From a virus (lineage: Duplodnaviria > Caudoviricetes), in IMG/VR virus record IMGVR_UViG_3300021516_000010, positions 1 to 43,465 of that record: DNA of 43,465 nucleotides, one strand, 5' to 3'. The notes beneath the pieces are model-generated. The model was not told the origin of the DNA and made no database searches. It saw only the letters and a list, made by a program, of their open reading frames with translations. Positions 26,734 to 35,897 of this stretch are shown here, piece after piece (position 1 is the first letter of the stretch; each line of letters begins with the position of its first letter). The translations under genes and the position numbers were made by a program.

Positions 26734-27350
26734 GAGCGTGAGAAGAATCCAGGGTATTTAGACGCGACGCGCGAAATGTCTTTAAACACTCCTCGAGCGA
26801 CGTTGATTTCGAAGTATTTCGCTCTATACGTAATCGCGTTTTGCAAATCACGGACGGAGTTGGGTAACAAGTTGATTGTCGGCTGAGCGTTCGTTACTTC
26901 GATGCCGATCCCATTACGAGATTCTTGAACCATTACGCGAATGTTGTTCGAATACGCTCGACCCGTCGACGGCATCGCGTTTTTCACAAAACCAGATACG
27001 GCGAATGGCTCACCCATTTCTTTAGACGCTAGCCACCACGACTGACGCGCTAATCCGCGAGCTCCTAACTTAGCTGCGAGCGAGCGTTTGCGAGCGACTA
27101 ACAGTTCAGACCACATCGCGTTTGAGTACTCGTTAGCTAAATTGTAAATCTTGCCGTTCATCGTCACGTACTCTGCTGCAATATGCGCTTCACGAATTTT
27201 ACCGGCTTTCGCAACTGGCACAGTCTTCGCCGCTCGCGCCAACACTCGAGAAGCTTCGGTTTTGACTATCGTCTTCACCGGCACGCTAGGAACTAACTCG
27301 CCTAAGCGAGTGCACATTGCGTTAAACTGTGAAGTGTCGATAGACGTCAT
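26730..27350 (-). CDS. Basic tail completion/morphogenesis protein (HK97 gp10-like?)
   Basis: 206 aa basic protein; IDTSQFN start, G.ARQSW; 4-bp overlap with the tape measure. Confidence 0.5.
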   Translation of the reverse strand: MTSIDTSQFNAMCTRLGELVPSVPVKTIVKTEASRVLARAAKTVPVAKAGKIREAHIAAEYVTMNGKIYNLANEYSNAMWSELLVARKRSLAAKLGARGLARQSWWLASKEMGEPFAVSGFVKNAMPSTGRAYSNNIRVMVQESRNGIGIEVTNAQPTINLLPNSVRDLQNAITYRAKYFEINVARGVFKDISRVASKYPGFFSRS

Positions 27351-27535
27351 AATCCGCTAGCTTGATATTTCACTCCGCGATGATGCGATAGATAATAGTT
27401 CTGATATTGTAAACCTTCAGCGTATGGCAGTTCCCATTCAATTTCGTTTTTGTGTAACCCAGTAACTGCATGGACCATTGACACGTACTCGACTAACCAA
27501 CTCCATGGCGTCTCGTCGTCACTGACTACTTTTTT
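27347..27535 (-). CDS. -1 frameshift extension of the tail assembly chaperone (gpGT-like)
   Basis: After A AAA AAG the -1 frame reads KKVVSDDETPWSWLVEYVSMVHAVTGLHKNEIEWELPYAEGLQYQNYYLSHHRGVKYQASGL*; its stop overlaps the next ATG. Not in the ORF track. Confidence 0.8.
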   Translation of the reverse strand, partial: KKVVSDDETPWSWLVEYVSMVHAVTGLHKNEIEWELPYAEGLQYQNYYLSHHRGVKYQASGL

Positions 27536-27990
27536 TCAGTAGCGGTTCCCTCCGACGCAGACGATTCTGCGATGGTGTTAACCGCTTCGACGAAGCTCTC
27601 CAACATTTGGCGGCCGGCTTCTGATGTGATTGAAATCTCATTCTTGTCGGCCCAAGCTAAAACTTGTTCCAGAGCCCATTGGCGATTCAGCGTAGCTCGC
27701 ACTAAATTCTTGTTGTCTTGAAGACGCAGCCACGTCACTGTAGCCGCGTCTAGCAATAGGCCGTCGTACATGGACGCTTCGTCGTCTAACGACAATCGCT
27801 CGAGCTGCGTCTGTGAAAGACTAAACAGTCGTAGACCAATAGACTGAGCCACCAGCATCATACGGCCGTTGAACACGCGCAATGGGGAACCGAAGACCGA
27901 CGTAGTTTCGCCTGCGCGCGCTAGCGCCATGTCTAACTTCGTTGCTTGATTCAAATCTGGGTCTATGTATTCGGTAGGATCGTCGCTCAT
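27526..27990 (-). CDS. Tail assembly chaperone (gpG-like)
   Basis: 154 aa ending GAA AAA AAG TAG, between tail tube and tape measure. Confidence 0.8.
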   Translation of the reverse strand: MSDDPTEYIDPDLNQATKLDMALARAGETTSVFGSPLRVFNGRMMLVAQSIGLRLFSLSQTQLERLSLDDEASMYDGLLLDAATVTWLRLQDNKNLVRATLNRQWALEQVLAWADKNEISITSEAGRQMLESFVEAVNTIAESSASEGTATEKK

Positions 27991-28505
27991 TTAGTTGTTT
28001 GGTTAGTGGGTGTCGTTGCGTGGACTAGCGACCAAGCTTTTCCGCCGCGCTTTTTGAATTCCATTGGTATTGCTTTGCGCCACCAATCGAGAATGCGTTC
28101 GCGATTTTCCATGCCGGCTCGCATATAGCACATGATGGCGGGAGCAAACATTTTTTCAAGAGCTGTAATCTCTTTAACGCAGACATCCCGCTTGACCAAT
28201 TCGGCTTTCAGTGAAGCGAACGCGTCATCGAACTCAGAATGAGCAGCATTGCGCTCCCACTCTTCTGCGAGTTTTTGAGGAGTGGGCGCTCCCGGAACTG
28301 TCGCCACAGGCGTCGCTTCAAAGTGATAGAACACGCGACCTGGTACGTCTTTACGCTCGAACGGGCGCTGAGCCGTATAGATATTAGACACCGGTTTGAC
28401 TCGGCGCGGGCGACACCCGAGAGTGATTAGCCCGGCCGCGACTTTCGTCGTCTGCGTGCTAGTTATTTGCTCATTACGAGCAACGACTTCGTCAGTAGCA
28501 TTCAT
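27987..28505 (-). CDS. Hypothetical protein in the tail operon
   Basis: 172 aa, 4-bp overlap with the chaperone gene. Confidence 0.7.
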   Translation of the reverse strand: MNATDEVVARNEQITSTQTTKVAAGLITLGCRPRRVKPVSNIYTAQRPFERKDVPGRVFYHFEATPVATVPGAPTPQKLAEEWERNAAHSEFDDAFASLKAELVKRDVCVKEITALEKMFAPAIMCYMRAGMENRERILDWWRKAIPMEFKKRGGKAWSLVHATTPTNQTTK

Positions 28506-28537
28506 GGGATCACGATGAAGATGAAGTTAGCGTAACG

Positions 28538-28909
28538 CTACGTTAACACAATGTTTTTATTGCGAGAGAGTTTCGCGCTCAAGCTGCGCCAAGCGCCGCG
28601 GCCTTGAGAAATAGAAGCTTCATCGAGGAAGACCGTGCCGGTAGTCAAGTCCAAATAGTTCTTGTCGTTCGCGATAGTCACCGCTGACACGAAATCAGAA
28701 ACCGGCAGAGCTCCATTGATTTCGCCGGCTAGAGAAATTTCTTCTTCCGCATCGCCGACGGCGAAACCGATTTTGGTATTCGTCTTATCTTGCAGAAACT
28801 CTTTGTATTCCGGACGAACCGTAACGTCAAACTGCGAAATGTTAATGCCCGATTCATCGGCTTCGACGCCGTATTGATACCCCGACAAATTGATAAGCGT
28901 TGCGGCCAT
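28538..28909 (-). CDS. Putative major tail tube protein
   Basis: 123 aa, beta-rich and acidic; located before the chaperone and tape measure. Confidence 0.6.
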   Translation of the reverse strand: MAATLINLSGYQYGVEADESGINISQFDVTVRPEYKEFLQDKTNTKIGFAVGDAEEEISLAGEINGALPVSDFVSAVTIANDKNYLDLTTGTVFLDEASISQGRGAWRSLSAKLSRNKNIVLT

Positions 28910-28920
28910 GATGAAAAGAA

Positions 28921-29418
28921 TTATGAGTTGATTCGATGAACGATCGCTGACACTGCGACGCCATATAGTATATGGTCGTTGTCAACCTCGTACGTGCTGC
29001 CAGTTACTTCTGAAATGACCAACAAGTCGAAGAGCTCGAGAAACTGAGGGTCAATCGTCTGCACTTGGGCCGGCGTCGGCGACACCAACTGCGAGCCAGT
29101 CTGATCAATAGCCGTTTGGTAGTCTGCTGGCTGAGCTCTCGAGTCACTTGAGGGCACTTCAATCACGACTGATATGGCATACACTTTAGCTATAGTGCCA
29201 TCTATCACGACAGTCTGGTCGTCAGACTGCATCCGCGCGGTGACGACCACTCGCGGGTCTTGAGCTTTAGTCGCACGGTCGCTCGCAACACATAGTCGAA
29301 TCGCTCCAACGCTCGGCAAAGCATCGGACAACAACCCTTGCGCGAGTGTTCCAATCAACCGCTCAAGACACTCTTCTGTCGAAAGGTTAGTGCTCATACA
29401 AGTATTCGCACGCGACAC
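28921..29418 (-). CDS. Putative tail terminator/completion protein
   Basis: About 160 aa (probable start MSTN), P.VVV.A motif, directly upstream of the tail tube. Confidence 0.5.
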   Translation of the reverse strand: MSRANTCMSTNLSTEECLERLIGTLAQGLLSDALPSVGAIRLCVASDRATKAQDPRVVVTARMQSDDQTVVIDGTIAKVYAISVVIEVPSSDSRAQPADYQTAIDQTGSQLVSPTPAQVQTIDPQFLELFDLLVISEVTGSTYEVDNDHILYGVAVSAIVHRINS

Positions 29419-29915
29419 TCTACTTGGTTAATGCTTCGACGTTTATGTGGAGACTTACGATGAACGACTTCATAGCCTTCGCGTCCACCATCATCATTGG
29501 TGTTACCTTCGACTGTGTCGAAATGACCATCTGGATCCACGCCACTCGCCACAATCGCAGTATGCGAAAAGTCGCGAAACGTGATAATGTCGCCCGGAAG
29601 CAAGTCTCGTCCAGGTGACATCTTAGTGTGCGTGCTCTTGTCTTGTCTGCATGACCAAGCCGCAATTCCAGAAGCTCCTCGAACTGAACCTGTTCTCATT
29701 CGAGAAAACGTATACGGCTTTTCGTGCGGAAGTTCCATCGCGGTCTTCATGCAGAAGCACACAAAAGCTGCACACCACGCTCCCCAATCTTTGGGCTCGA
29801 GCCAAGTGGCTCGCTGATAGTCATCCACGCGAGGTCCGCGATTAGACCCGCGTGGATGCTCTTCGACGCCGGCTTCCGCCAGCGCGACTTTCAACATTTT
29901 AAGAGCTAAGCTCAT
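29394..29915 (-). CDS. CHAP-domain endolysin
   Basis: GV.E.P.GSNRGP.V, WCAAFV (Cys), PGDI, SHTAIV (His), TVEGNT. Confidence 0.9.
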   Translation of the reverse strand: MSLALKMLKVALAEAGVEEHPRGSNRGPRVDDYQRATWLEPKDWGAWCAAFVCFCMKTAMELPHEKPYTFSRMRTGSVRGASGIAAWSCRQDKSTHTKMSPGRDLLPGDIITFRDFSHTAIVASGVDPDGHFDTVEGNTNDDGGREGYEVVHRKSPHKRRSINQVECRVRILV

Positions 29916-30286
29916 GGATTGACTGGTGTTGAGGGTGGATTTTTAGCAGAAGTCTTGGGCCCGTATTTGACAAGGATTTTGTCTTCCAATTTTCCCAATT
30001 CGTTGGCTGCGACTTGACTAAATACTCGACCTGTTGGAGACGTAACGAAAGCCACGAATGGCGCGCAACTAGGAATCAGCAGCAGCGCTCCCGAAAGCAA
30101 AAGCACTTGAGCCTTGTCTTTGACGACTAGACCGATGTGCTTCAACCCGTCGACAATCGTTTCAAGAAACGTGTCGTCTTTTGGCGTAGGCGTGAGCTTG
30201 ACGACGATGCGAGCGAGGTTAACGGTGAGAGCAACGGCCGCTCCGATAGCAATCCAATTTTCAGTGATCCAATTTATGATGTTCAT
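29912..30286 (-). CDS. Holin-like membrane protein with an internal lipobox
   Basis: N-terminal TM, LTPTPKDD, second hydrophobic stretch ending LLIPSC; adjacent to the endolysin. Confidence 0.6.
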   Translation of the reverse strand: MNIINWITENWIAIGAAVALTVNLARIVVKLTPTPKDDTFLETIVDGLKHIGLVVKDKAQVLLLSGALLLIPSCAPFVAFVTSPTGRVFSQVAANELGKLEDKILVKYGPKTSAKNPPSTPVNP

Positions 30287-30600
30287 TTTGTTGATGTGGT
30301 GTTGTGTGCATGTCTGGCTTCAAGACTAACTTCATTGATCGCTAGCCTGAGACTAGAAATTGCTTCGGATAGAACGAGGTTGGATGTCGCTTGTTTTTCT
30401 ATCTGTGAAAGGAGTCTTTCGTTGGTTACCTTGTGGTCAGCATACAGTGTGACAGCCGCATAGGATGCCATCCCCGTAGCTATCACGATGCCACCGAATC
30501 GGCCTATCGCCCAGACCATCAGAGCTTGCCACGAATTAGGGACTGACACGTTTTGAGGTGTATCTGTTTCTGCGATTTGATGAAGTGTATCTTTGCTCAT
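30283..30600 (-). CDS. Membrane protein (TM plus coiled coil), holin/lysis accessory
   Basis: Hydrophobic segment followed by a heptad-like tail; part of the lysis cassette. Confidence 0.55.
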   Translation of the reverse strand: MSKDTLHQIAETDTPQNVSVPNSWQALMVWAIGRFGGIVIATGMASYAAVTLYADHKVTNERLLSQIEKQATSNLVLSEAISSLRLAINEVSLEARHAHNTTSTK

Positions 30601-30615
30601 GGGTTTGAAATTTGT

Positions 30616-32049
30616 TTAAGTCCATCCGCCATTGGTGCCTATATTGCCTGCGCTTCCGTTGTTTCCGTTGTCCATGTAAGCTGTTCCGTCCGCACCTGAA
30701 GCGCCGTCTGATCCAGAACCAATTCCCATCCCGCCTGCTCCACCTGTTCCGGCTGTGGCTGTTCCGTGCGTCCCACCTGCCCCACCACTGCCTCCGCTAC
30801 CTGCTGCGAAATATGCGCCGATGACCGTGACATCGACTCCCTTTACCCACTCGCCTCCGTTGCCTCCGTTGCCTCCGTTGCCTCCGTTTCCGCCGTTTGC
30901 GTAAGCTGATTCGCCGTTGCTTCCGTCTCCACCGTTCACGTCGTTATTCTCATATTCATCTACGCCTTCAGATAAAGCACCGGACAAATCAAGAGGGGCA
31001 TCAACAGATTTTGATAATCTGATTTTAGCGCTCTGACTAACATTGTTATTGACGAAATACGCATTCAAGCCTGCTTGAAAAGTTCCAAGATTTGGTATGG
31101 CGGTGTAGGTCCCAAGAATACCTCCAATCATCGCAACAATCGCCGCTGCAACGTCATTAGTTGATCCCGTGCTACTGGTATCTATCCAATGATCGTATCC
31201 GTTGTCAGTCCCATCAAATGTCAGAACAAAATCAACTGAAGACTGCAAATAGTCAAAACCAACGGTCAATGTATCTCCGTTGGCTGGGATACTGATTACT
31301 CCAACATACAGTTGGTATGGTGAAGTCGCTGGAACTATTTCCGGTTCTGCATTCCATCCAGCATTACCATCCTCTCCGAGAGCGATACCACCGTTTCCAC
31401 CTATTCCGCCTGTGTAACCGTCGTTCGCGTTAGCATACAGAGCGACCACGTTAAGCAGACCGCCCAGATTTCCGTTGGCAGCATCTTCCCCATAGTTTCC
31501 ACCTGAACCTTCACCGCCGTTAGCCACCGGACTATAAGGCTCACCGGTGTTCCCGTGTCCTCCCATGTTACCTTCGTATCCTACAGGCTCTCGCGATGCG
31601 TAGATGTAACCAATCGTTGTGCCATCTCCACCTGTGAGTCCTGTGATGGTAGGAGTGTAGGCTCCTACGAAACTCAGACCTAGGACACCAACGTAGAAGT
31701 TTCGGAGTTTGAGTTCTGCGAAAGAGTTTGCAGGAAATGTGATGTTGCTGATGCTGCGTTGAACCACATCATCAGCAGAACGAAGAATCAACGTGCCGTG
31801 AAAAGTTTCTGGTATCGTGAATGTCGTATCATACGCGATACTCAGCAAGGACAGTGTAGCTGTCACAAAGCCATCAGCAGACGCTATGATGGCGAGTATA
31901 GCAGCCTCCATCGTTTGGAACGGCAGAGAGCTATTTCCCAACGCTCCTGTTTCGTCGTTACCTGTGCCGATATTAACGAACGCATAAGAAGGATCACCAT
32001 CTCCTTCGTAGCCACTGGCGGTCTGGTATACAAAAGGGTTTAAGATCAT
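30616..32049 (-). CDS. Glycine-rich fibre/spike protein
   Basis: MILNPF start, GNDETG..G....PF.T motif, GxG/GGNG repeats; (GCCTCCGTT)x4 at 30853-30888. Confidence 0.7.
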   Translation of the reverse strand: MILNPFVYQTASGYEGDGDPSYAFVNIGTGNDETGALGNSSLPFQTMEAAILAIIASADGFVTATLSLLSIAYDTTFTIPETFHGTLILRSADDVVQRSISNITFPANSFAELKLRNFYVGVLGLSFVGAYTPTITGLTGGDGTTIGYIYASREPVGYEGNMGGHGNTGEPYSPVANGGEGSGGNYGEDAANGNLGGLLNVVALYANANDGYTGGIGGNGGIALGEDGNAGWNAEPEIVPATSPYQLYVGVISIPANGDTLTVGFDYLQSSVDFVLTFDGTDNGYDHWIDTSSTGSTNDVAAAIVAMIGGILGTYTAIPNLGTFQAGLNAYFVNNNVSQSAKIRLSKSVDAPLDLSGALSEGVDEYENNDVNGGDGSNGESAYANGGNGGNGGNGGNGGEWVKGVDVTVIGAYFAAGSGGSGGAGGTHGTATAGTGGAGGMGIGSGSDGASGADGTAYMDNGNNGSAGNIGTNGGWT

Positions 32050-32453
32050 GTTGTGCGATATCCGATGAGGGCTATCTTGAGTCCTGCGCCAGCAATAGTT
32101 GAACCTACTTGAGAGATGTCCACATGAATTTCTTCGTCATCAGTCAATGACCATGTGCTAATCGATGCCGGAGTTCCAGACCCCACTGAAGTCCTCGTCC
32201 CATCGTCTATGTTAAGTGGAATGCTTAGAATGGAGCCTCCTGTGTTTCCAACATCTACAACTAGATTACAACTAGTTGGTGCAACGGATACACTCGCTCG
32301 AATATCGGTTAGCGTCATTGCGAAGGGCATTCTGAAAGCGACCTTATTTGACCCTATTGTGAGTGGAGTAGTCTCGTCTGACACAGCCAACTGAATGACT
32401 TCAGGAAGTGGAACCCCTAGTAGTTTAGCGTTGAACTCTGCTAATGTGCTCAT
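32046..32453 (-). CDS. Fibre-associated beta-sandwich protein
   Basis: SDETT.LT.G..KV.FRMPFAMTLT..RAS...DI.QVGSTIAGAGLK. Confidence 0.65.
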   Translation of the reverse strand: MSTLAEFNAKLLGVPLPEVIQLAVSDETTPLTIGSNKVAFRMPFAMTLTDIRASVSVAPTSCNLVVDVGNTGGSILSIPLNIDDGTRTSVGSGTPASISTWSLTDDEEIHVDISQVGSTIAGAGLKIALIGYRTT

Positions 32454-32677
32454 GTAAGTGAATCTACGGTTGATTTAACTGCGGTATAGTCAGAACCCAA
32501 GAGAGACACAACCTCGCTTTTCAGAATCTCACCTTTAACAAATGCCACCCCTTCATTGTAGCCAGATTGTAAGGCAGAATTATTCCCAAATGAACGAACT
32601 TTTGGACGAATGGAAAGAGAACGGACGAGTTTGATGAACATGTCTTTGCGTATAGTTTCTTCTTGTGTGAGTTCCAT
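32450..32677 (-). CDS. Hypothetical protein
   Basis: 75 aa, tightly packed between fibre genes. Confidence 0.55.
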   Translation of the reverse strand: MELTQEETIRKDMFIKLVRSLSIRPKVRSFGNNSALQSGYNEGVAFVKGEILKSEVVSLLGSDYTAVKSTVDSLT

Positions 32678-32681
32678 ATTA

Positions 32682-34421
32682 TTAGTCTTCGCTTTCTACA
32701 GTTGGACCCTGAATTGGTCCTTTGAGTGTCCAATAACCGCCACGTTTTAACAGTTGGAATGAATACGAGCGCCAAGTATCAAGATCGATTGGCATAAGAG
32801 AAGATACCCCGTACGGCATCTTAACCATAGAGCCAAGAGAAAGTCTAGGGTTCGATTGAACCCACCCAATTGCTACCTCAAGCCTATCCATGTTGCAACC
32901 GCTTTCTCCATTGCTGGATATATCAAAAGTAGTCGTTTCACTAAGGTATCCGTAGTAGAACCTAGAACCGCTATCAATATCAATTGTGACATTGCCTGTC
33001 GCAAAGGGAATATGCACCACCCCCGCATCAAGTATCGTTACACGCCACATTAAGTCATCACCGAGTTGAATACGAACACGAGATCGTGAAGGTACAGCAA
33101 ACCAATCACGTTCAGAACCACTAGGGGGCAAAATGGTGGTACCATCAACGCCAGTATAAAATCCGTTGGTGTAGCCATTGGAGTTGTATCCATAGAAATC
33201 AATGATCGTGCCAACACGGGAGGCAACCACTTCTGGTAGCTGAACCCACTGATCGTTACCGTCGTAGCGAATCGCCTTATCGTTGTAAGTGACTACGTCT
33301 CCATCGCTAAGAACGCGGAAATTTCCAACAATACCCCAACCAGTCGAATCTTCTGTATTATCTACGCACTCCCAGCGCACTCCATTCTTAGACTCAAACA
33401 CAGTTCCTACTACCACACCCTTAGTCCTATCAAGAGTTGGCTGAGGTATTTCCTCCCAAGTTGATTTAATTATACTTACAGCATATGGCGAGTCGGCGCT
33501 TAAATACCACATGCGTCCTTCTCTCCAGCGTGCAACTACAGCAGCAGAGCACACAAGATCAATGCCAGTGCCGCCTGGATTGGCGCGGAGTGAAGAGAGG
33601 TTGTCGAAGGCGATGACTGCGCCAGAGTCCATGGTGCCACCCGCGAGAGGCAACTTGGCATCTAAGTCATCTTGTAGATCAGTGACGTCAGCGATAGAAT
33701 GCGTGTGGCTTGAAGCAGCCTTGGCATCTAAGTCATCTTGTAGATCAGTGACGTCAGCGATAGAATGCGTGTGGCTTGAAGCAGCCTTGGCATCTAAGTC
33801 ATCTTGTAGATCAGTGACGTCAGCGATAGAATGCGAATGAGACGACGGCGGAAAAGTCGAAGGCTTACCTGTTACATCTGACCACGCTACAGCTACCGAC
33901 AACGTGATTGTTTTTAACGTATCATTTACCACGCGAGTTATGAGTCCACCCGCTACGAGAATTCTTGCTTTGAGCCAGGTCCACAGCAAATCTTCAGAAG
34001 CCGTTGGTGGTTCAGTTCCGTCGCGCACTACAGAATTGATCACGCGAGTCGGCAACAGTTTTGACGTAACTAACTCTGACGAATGCGTCAAATACAGTTG
34101 AGCGACTGCGTCAACATGAGAAGTCGTACCGAGAGCTGTCCGCATTTCGGTTGTGTCGACTGTGACGGCCATCGCAGCCGACTTACTATCATTGGTTAAC
34201 GACCACGACTCTGCCGTAGCTAAGACGCTCGTAAACGAGGGAAACGTTCCTATCGCGAATGAAGCTGTCGCGCCAGACAGCGCTAACTCGCCACCTCCTG
34301 GCGCTACAAAAACGATCGTCAAGCTTTCAATCGAACTCGTCAAATACAAAACGGCGCTCACGCGCTCGTCAGTCAGACTCTTAACAAACCGCCGAAGAGA
34401 TGGTGAATAATAAAGAGTCAT
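32682..34421 (-). CDS. Tail/neck fibre protein with His-rich phage tail repeats
   Basis: WSDVTGKPSTFPPSSHSH plus (SIADVTDLQDDLDAK)x3 and LPLAGGTM. Confidence 0.8.
   Translation of the reverse strand: MTLYYSPSLRRFVKSLTDERVSAVLYLTSSIESLTIVFVAPGGGELALSGATASFAIGTFPSFTSVLATAESWSLTNDSKSAAMAVTVDTTEMRTALGTTSHVDAVAQLYLTHSSELVTSKLLPTRVINSVVRDGTEPPTASEDLLWTWLKARILVAGGLITRVVNDTLKTITLSVAVAWSDVTGKPSTFPPSSHSHSIADVTDLQDDLDAKAASSHTHSIADVTDLQDDLDAKAASSHTHSIADVTDLQDDLDAKLPLAGGTMDSGAVIAFDNLSSLRANPGGTGIDLVCSAAVVARWREGRMWYLSADSPYAVSIIKSTWEEIPQPTLDRTKGVVVGTVFESKNGVRWECVDNTEDSTGWGIVGNFRVLSDGDVVTYNDKAIRYDGNDQWVQLPEVVASRVGTIIDFYGYNSNGYTNGFYTGVDGTTILPPSGSERDWFAVPSRSRVRIQLGDDLMWRVTILDAGVVHIPFATGNVTIDIDSGSRFYYGYLSETTTFDISSNGESGCNMDRLEVAIGWVQSNPRLSLGSMVKMPYGVSSLMPIDLDTWRSYSFQLLKRGGYWTLKGPIQGPTVESED
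33654..33835. repeat. Perfect 66-bp tandem repeat, ~2.8 copies
   Basis: Units start at 33654, 33720 and 33786 and are identical at the DNA level. Confidence 0.95.
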
Positions 34422-34765
34422 AGCACAGGTTCAAATTCAAGAGTAGACGTAGCGTCGTTAAGATTATTGACTCGACGCAACACCCACTTCGTAGGGTCCG
34501 TTAGCGGAGTCTCAGTATTATACCCGTACGTAAACTTGACTTGTGACTCGAGTTCGATTGAGTTCGCTGCAAACTCAGAAGACTTGACTCGTAGAGACAG
34601 CGAAGACCCGCGTTCGATAGACCCACCGAACTCAATAACGCGGGCGTTGATTCGACGGTCGGGCAAACCGGAAAACACATACGCGTCATCAACTAACACA
34701 CCGACTTGGGGCCAGTCGGACATACCGGCTTCTGCGTCACTCTCAAGTTGGTCTTGATCAATCAT
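34418..34765 (-). CDS. Putative head-closure/head-tail joining protein
   Basis: 115 aa directly after the major capsid gene; assignment from synteny. Confidence 0.5.
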   Translation of the reverse strand: MIDQDQLESDAEAGMSDWPQVGVLVDDAYVFSGLPDRRINARVIEFGGSIERGSSLSLRVKSSEFAANSIELESQVKFTYGYNTETPLTDPTKWVLRRVNNLNDATSTLEFEPVL

Positions 34766-34802
34766 ATTTGGGATCGCTAAAGCTTATACTTCCAAAAGTA
34801 TA

Positions 34803-34858
34803 ACCGTCTCTAAACCGCCTGCGGGTGGACTCGAGACGATCGTCTGTCGTCCACCCGC
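34803..34858 (-). other. Structured element after the capsid gene (10-bp stem, possible pseudoknot)
   Basis: GCGGGTGGAC/GTCCACCCGC stem; loop ATCGTCTC is complementary to downstream GAGACGGT. Confidence 0.5.
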
Positions 34859-34883
34859 CGCAGCCTCCTTCCTTACGGGATTC

Positions 34884-35843
34884 TTATGCGTAGTTGGTCG
34901 TAACCAATTCGCCGGAAGTTCCGTCGATAACCTTCTCCGTGGTGTGCTGGCGGACACGAACCACATCAGAGCGATTCGTATCGGCGCGGTACGTTTCGGT
35001 GATAAACAGTCCACCTTCAGCGTTCCACACCAGCGTACGACCGGCGCCACCATTGTGAGGATCGCCGTCTTTGACTTCACCAATCCAGAAGTATGAGGTG
35101 GGCCAGATTGCGGTCGTGACAGTCGCTTTGCCTTTCTTCGCCGTGTTCTTCGGAGCGCGCGCAACGATGACTTCCTCAAGATCAAAAGCCGCGGCGATGT
35201 CGGCCGCTTTAAGATTGAGATCGACATCGGATGGGCGATTACCGCGGAGGAAATTTTGAAGTTTCGTAGCGCGGCGCAGGCGAGTGAACATCAAGTGGCT
35301 GATCACCATCTTGTTGGGCATGACACCGCGTCCGTTGAGACGATCAACTGCGTCTTGAATGTCGGCGACAGGATCAAGCGTTCCGTTAGCGACGTTAGCC
35401 GCAGTGTAGTTCACAGCCGCTGCAGTCGCGTTAAATGCGCCAGTATCAAACAGCGCAGCGGCGACACGGATTTCGTAGGCGATCTTCATGCGGCGAAGCA
35501 CGAATTTAGCAGCTGCGACTTCCTGGTCGAAGAAGCGAGCGTTGTCGCGCTTTTCTTCGTCGTCCACCAGCTCTTCAAGACCGCGGTCTTTCGTAGAGTA
35601 GGTGTCCATGGTGAACGTGCGTTCAACGCGCTTGTACGAACCTTTGGGGGCGCGCTCAGAGACATCGCCGTCAAGAAGTTCAGAGCCACCCGACAGAGTA
35701 AACTTCGGGTAAGTTCCGTCCTTAACGTCGACGGAGTATTCAGGGAACACGCGGTTCCCAATAAACAGCGCATCCACCGCTGAAGCTTCTTCAACGAAGG
35801 TATTGAGGTCGGTGCGCACGACGGCGCCGGAGGAGTTATTCAT
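34884..35843 (-). CDS. Major capsid protein (lambda gpE-like)
   Basis: 319 aa; FIG.RVFP...V, RAPKG.Y.R, E.RVA, DP..DI, PN.MV; follows the decoration gene. Confidence 0.88.
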   Translation of the reverse strand: MNNSSGAVVRTDLNTFVEEASAVDALFIGNRVFPEYSVDVKDGTYPKFTLSGGSELLDGDVSERAPKGSYKRVERTFTMDTYSTKDRGLEELVDDEEKRDNARFFDQEVAAAKFVLRRMKIAYEIRVAAALFDTGAFNATAAAVNYTAANVANGTLDPVADIQDAVDRLNGRGVMPNKMVISHLMFTRLRRATKLQNFLRGNRPSDVDLNLKAADIAAAFDLEEVIVARAPKNTAKKGKATVTTAIWPTSYFWIGEVKDGDPHNGGAGRTLVWNAEGGLFITETYRADTNRSDVVRVRQHTTEKVIDGTSGELVTTNYA

Positions 35844-35897
35844 ATTCTAATGTGTGAGTTGATTGTGCAGGTAGCGTTAGCTCCGTAGGAAGTTGGA

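Noticed and set aside
30616-34421. Diversity-generating retroelement or invertible fibre cassette
   Set aside because: No reverse transcriptase, invertase, TR/VR pair or flanking inverted repeats seen.
34784-35227. 147-aa ORF overlapping the capsid 3' end as a frameshift extension
   Set aside because: It is in the +1 frame, has no clear slippery site, and would add only about 33 featureless residues.
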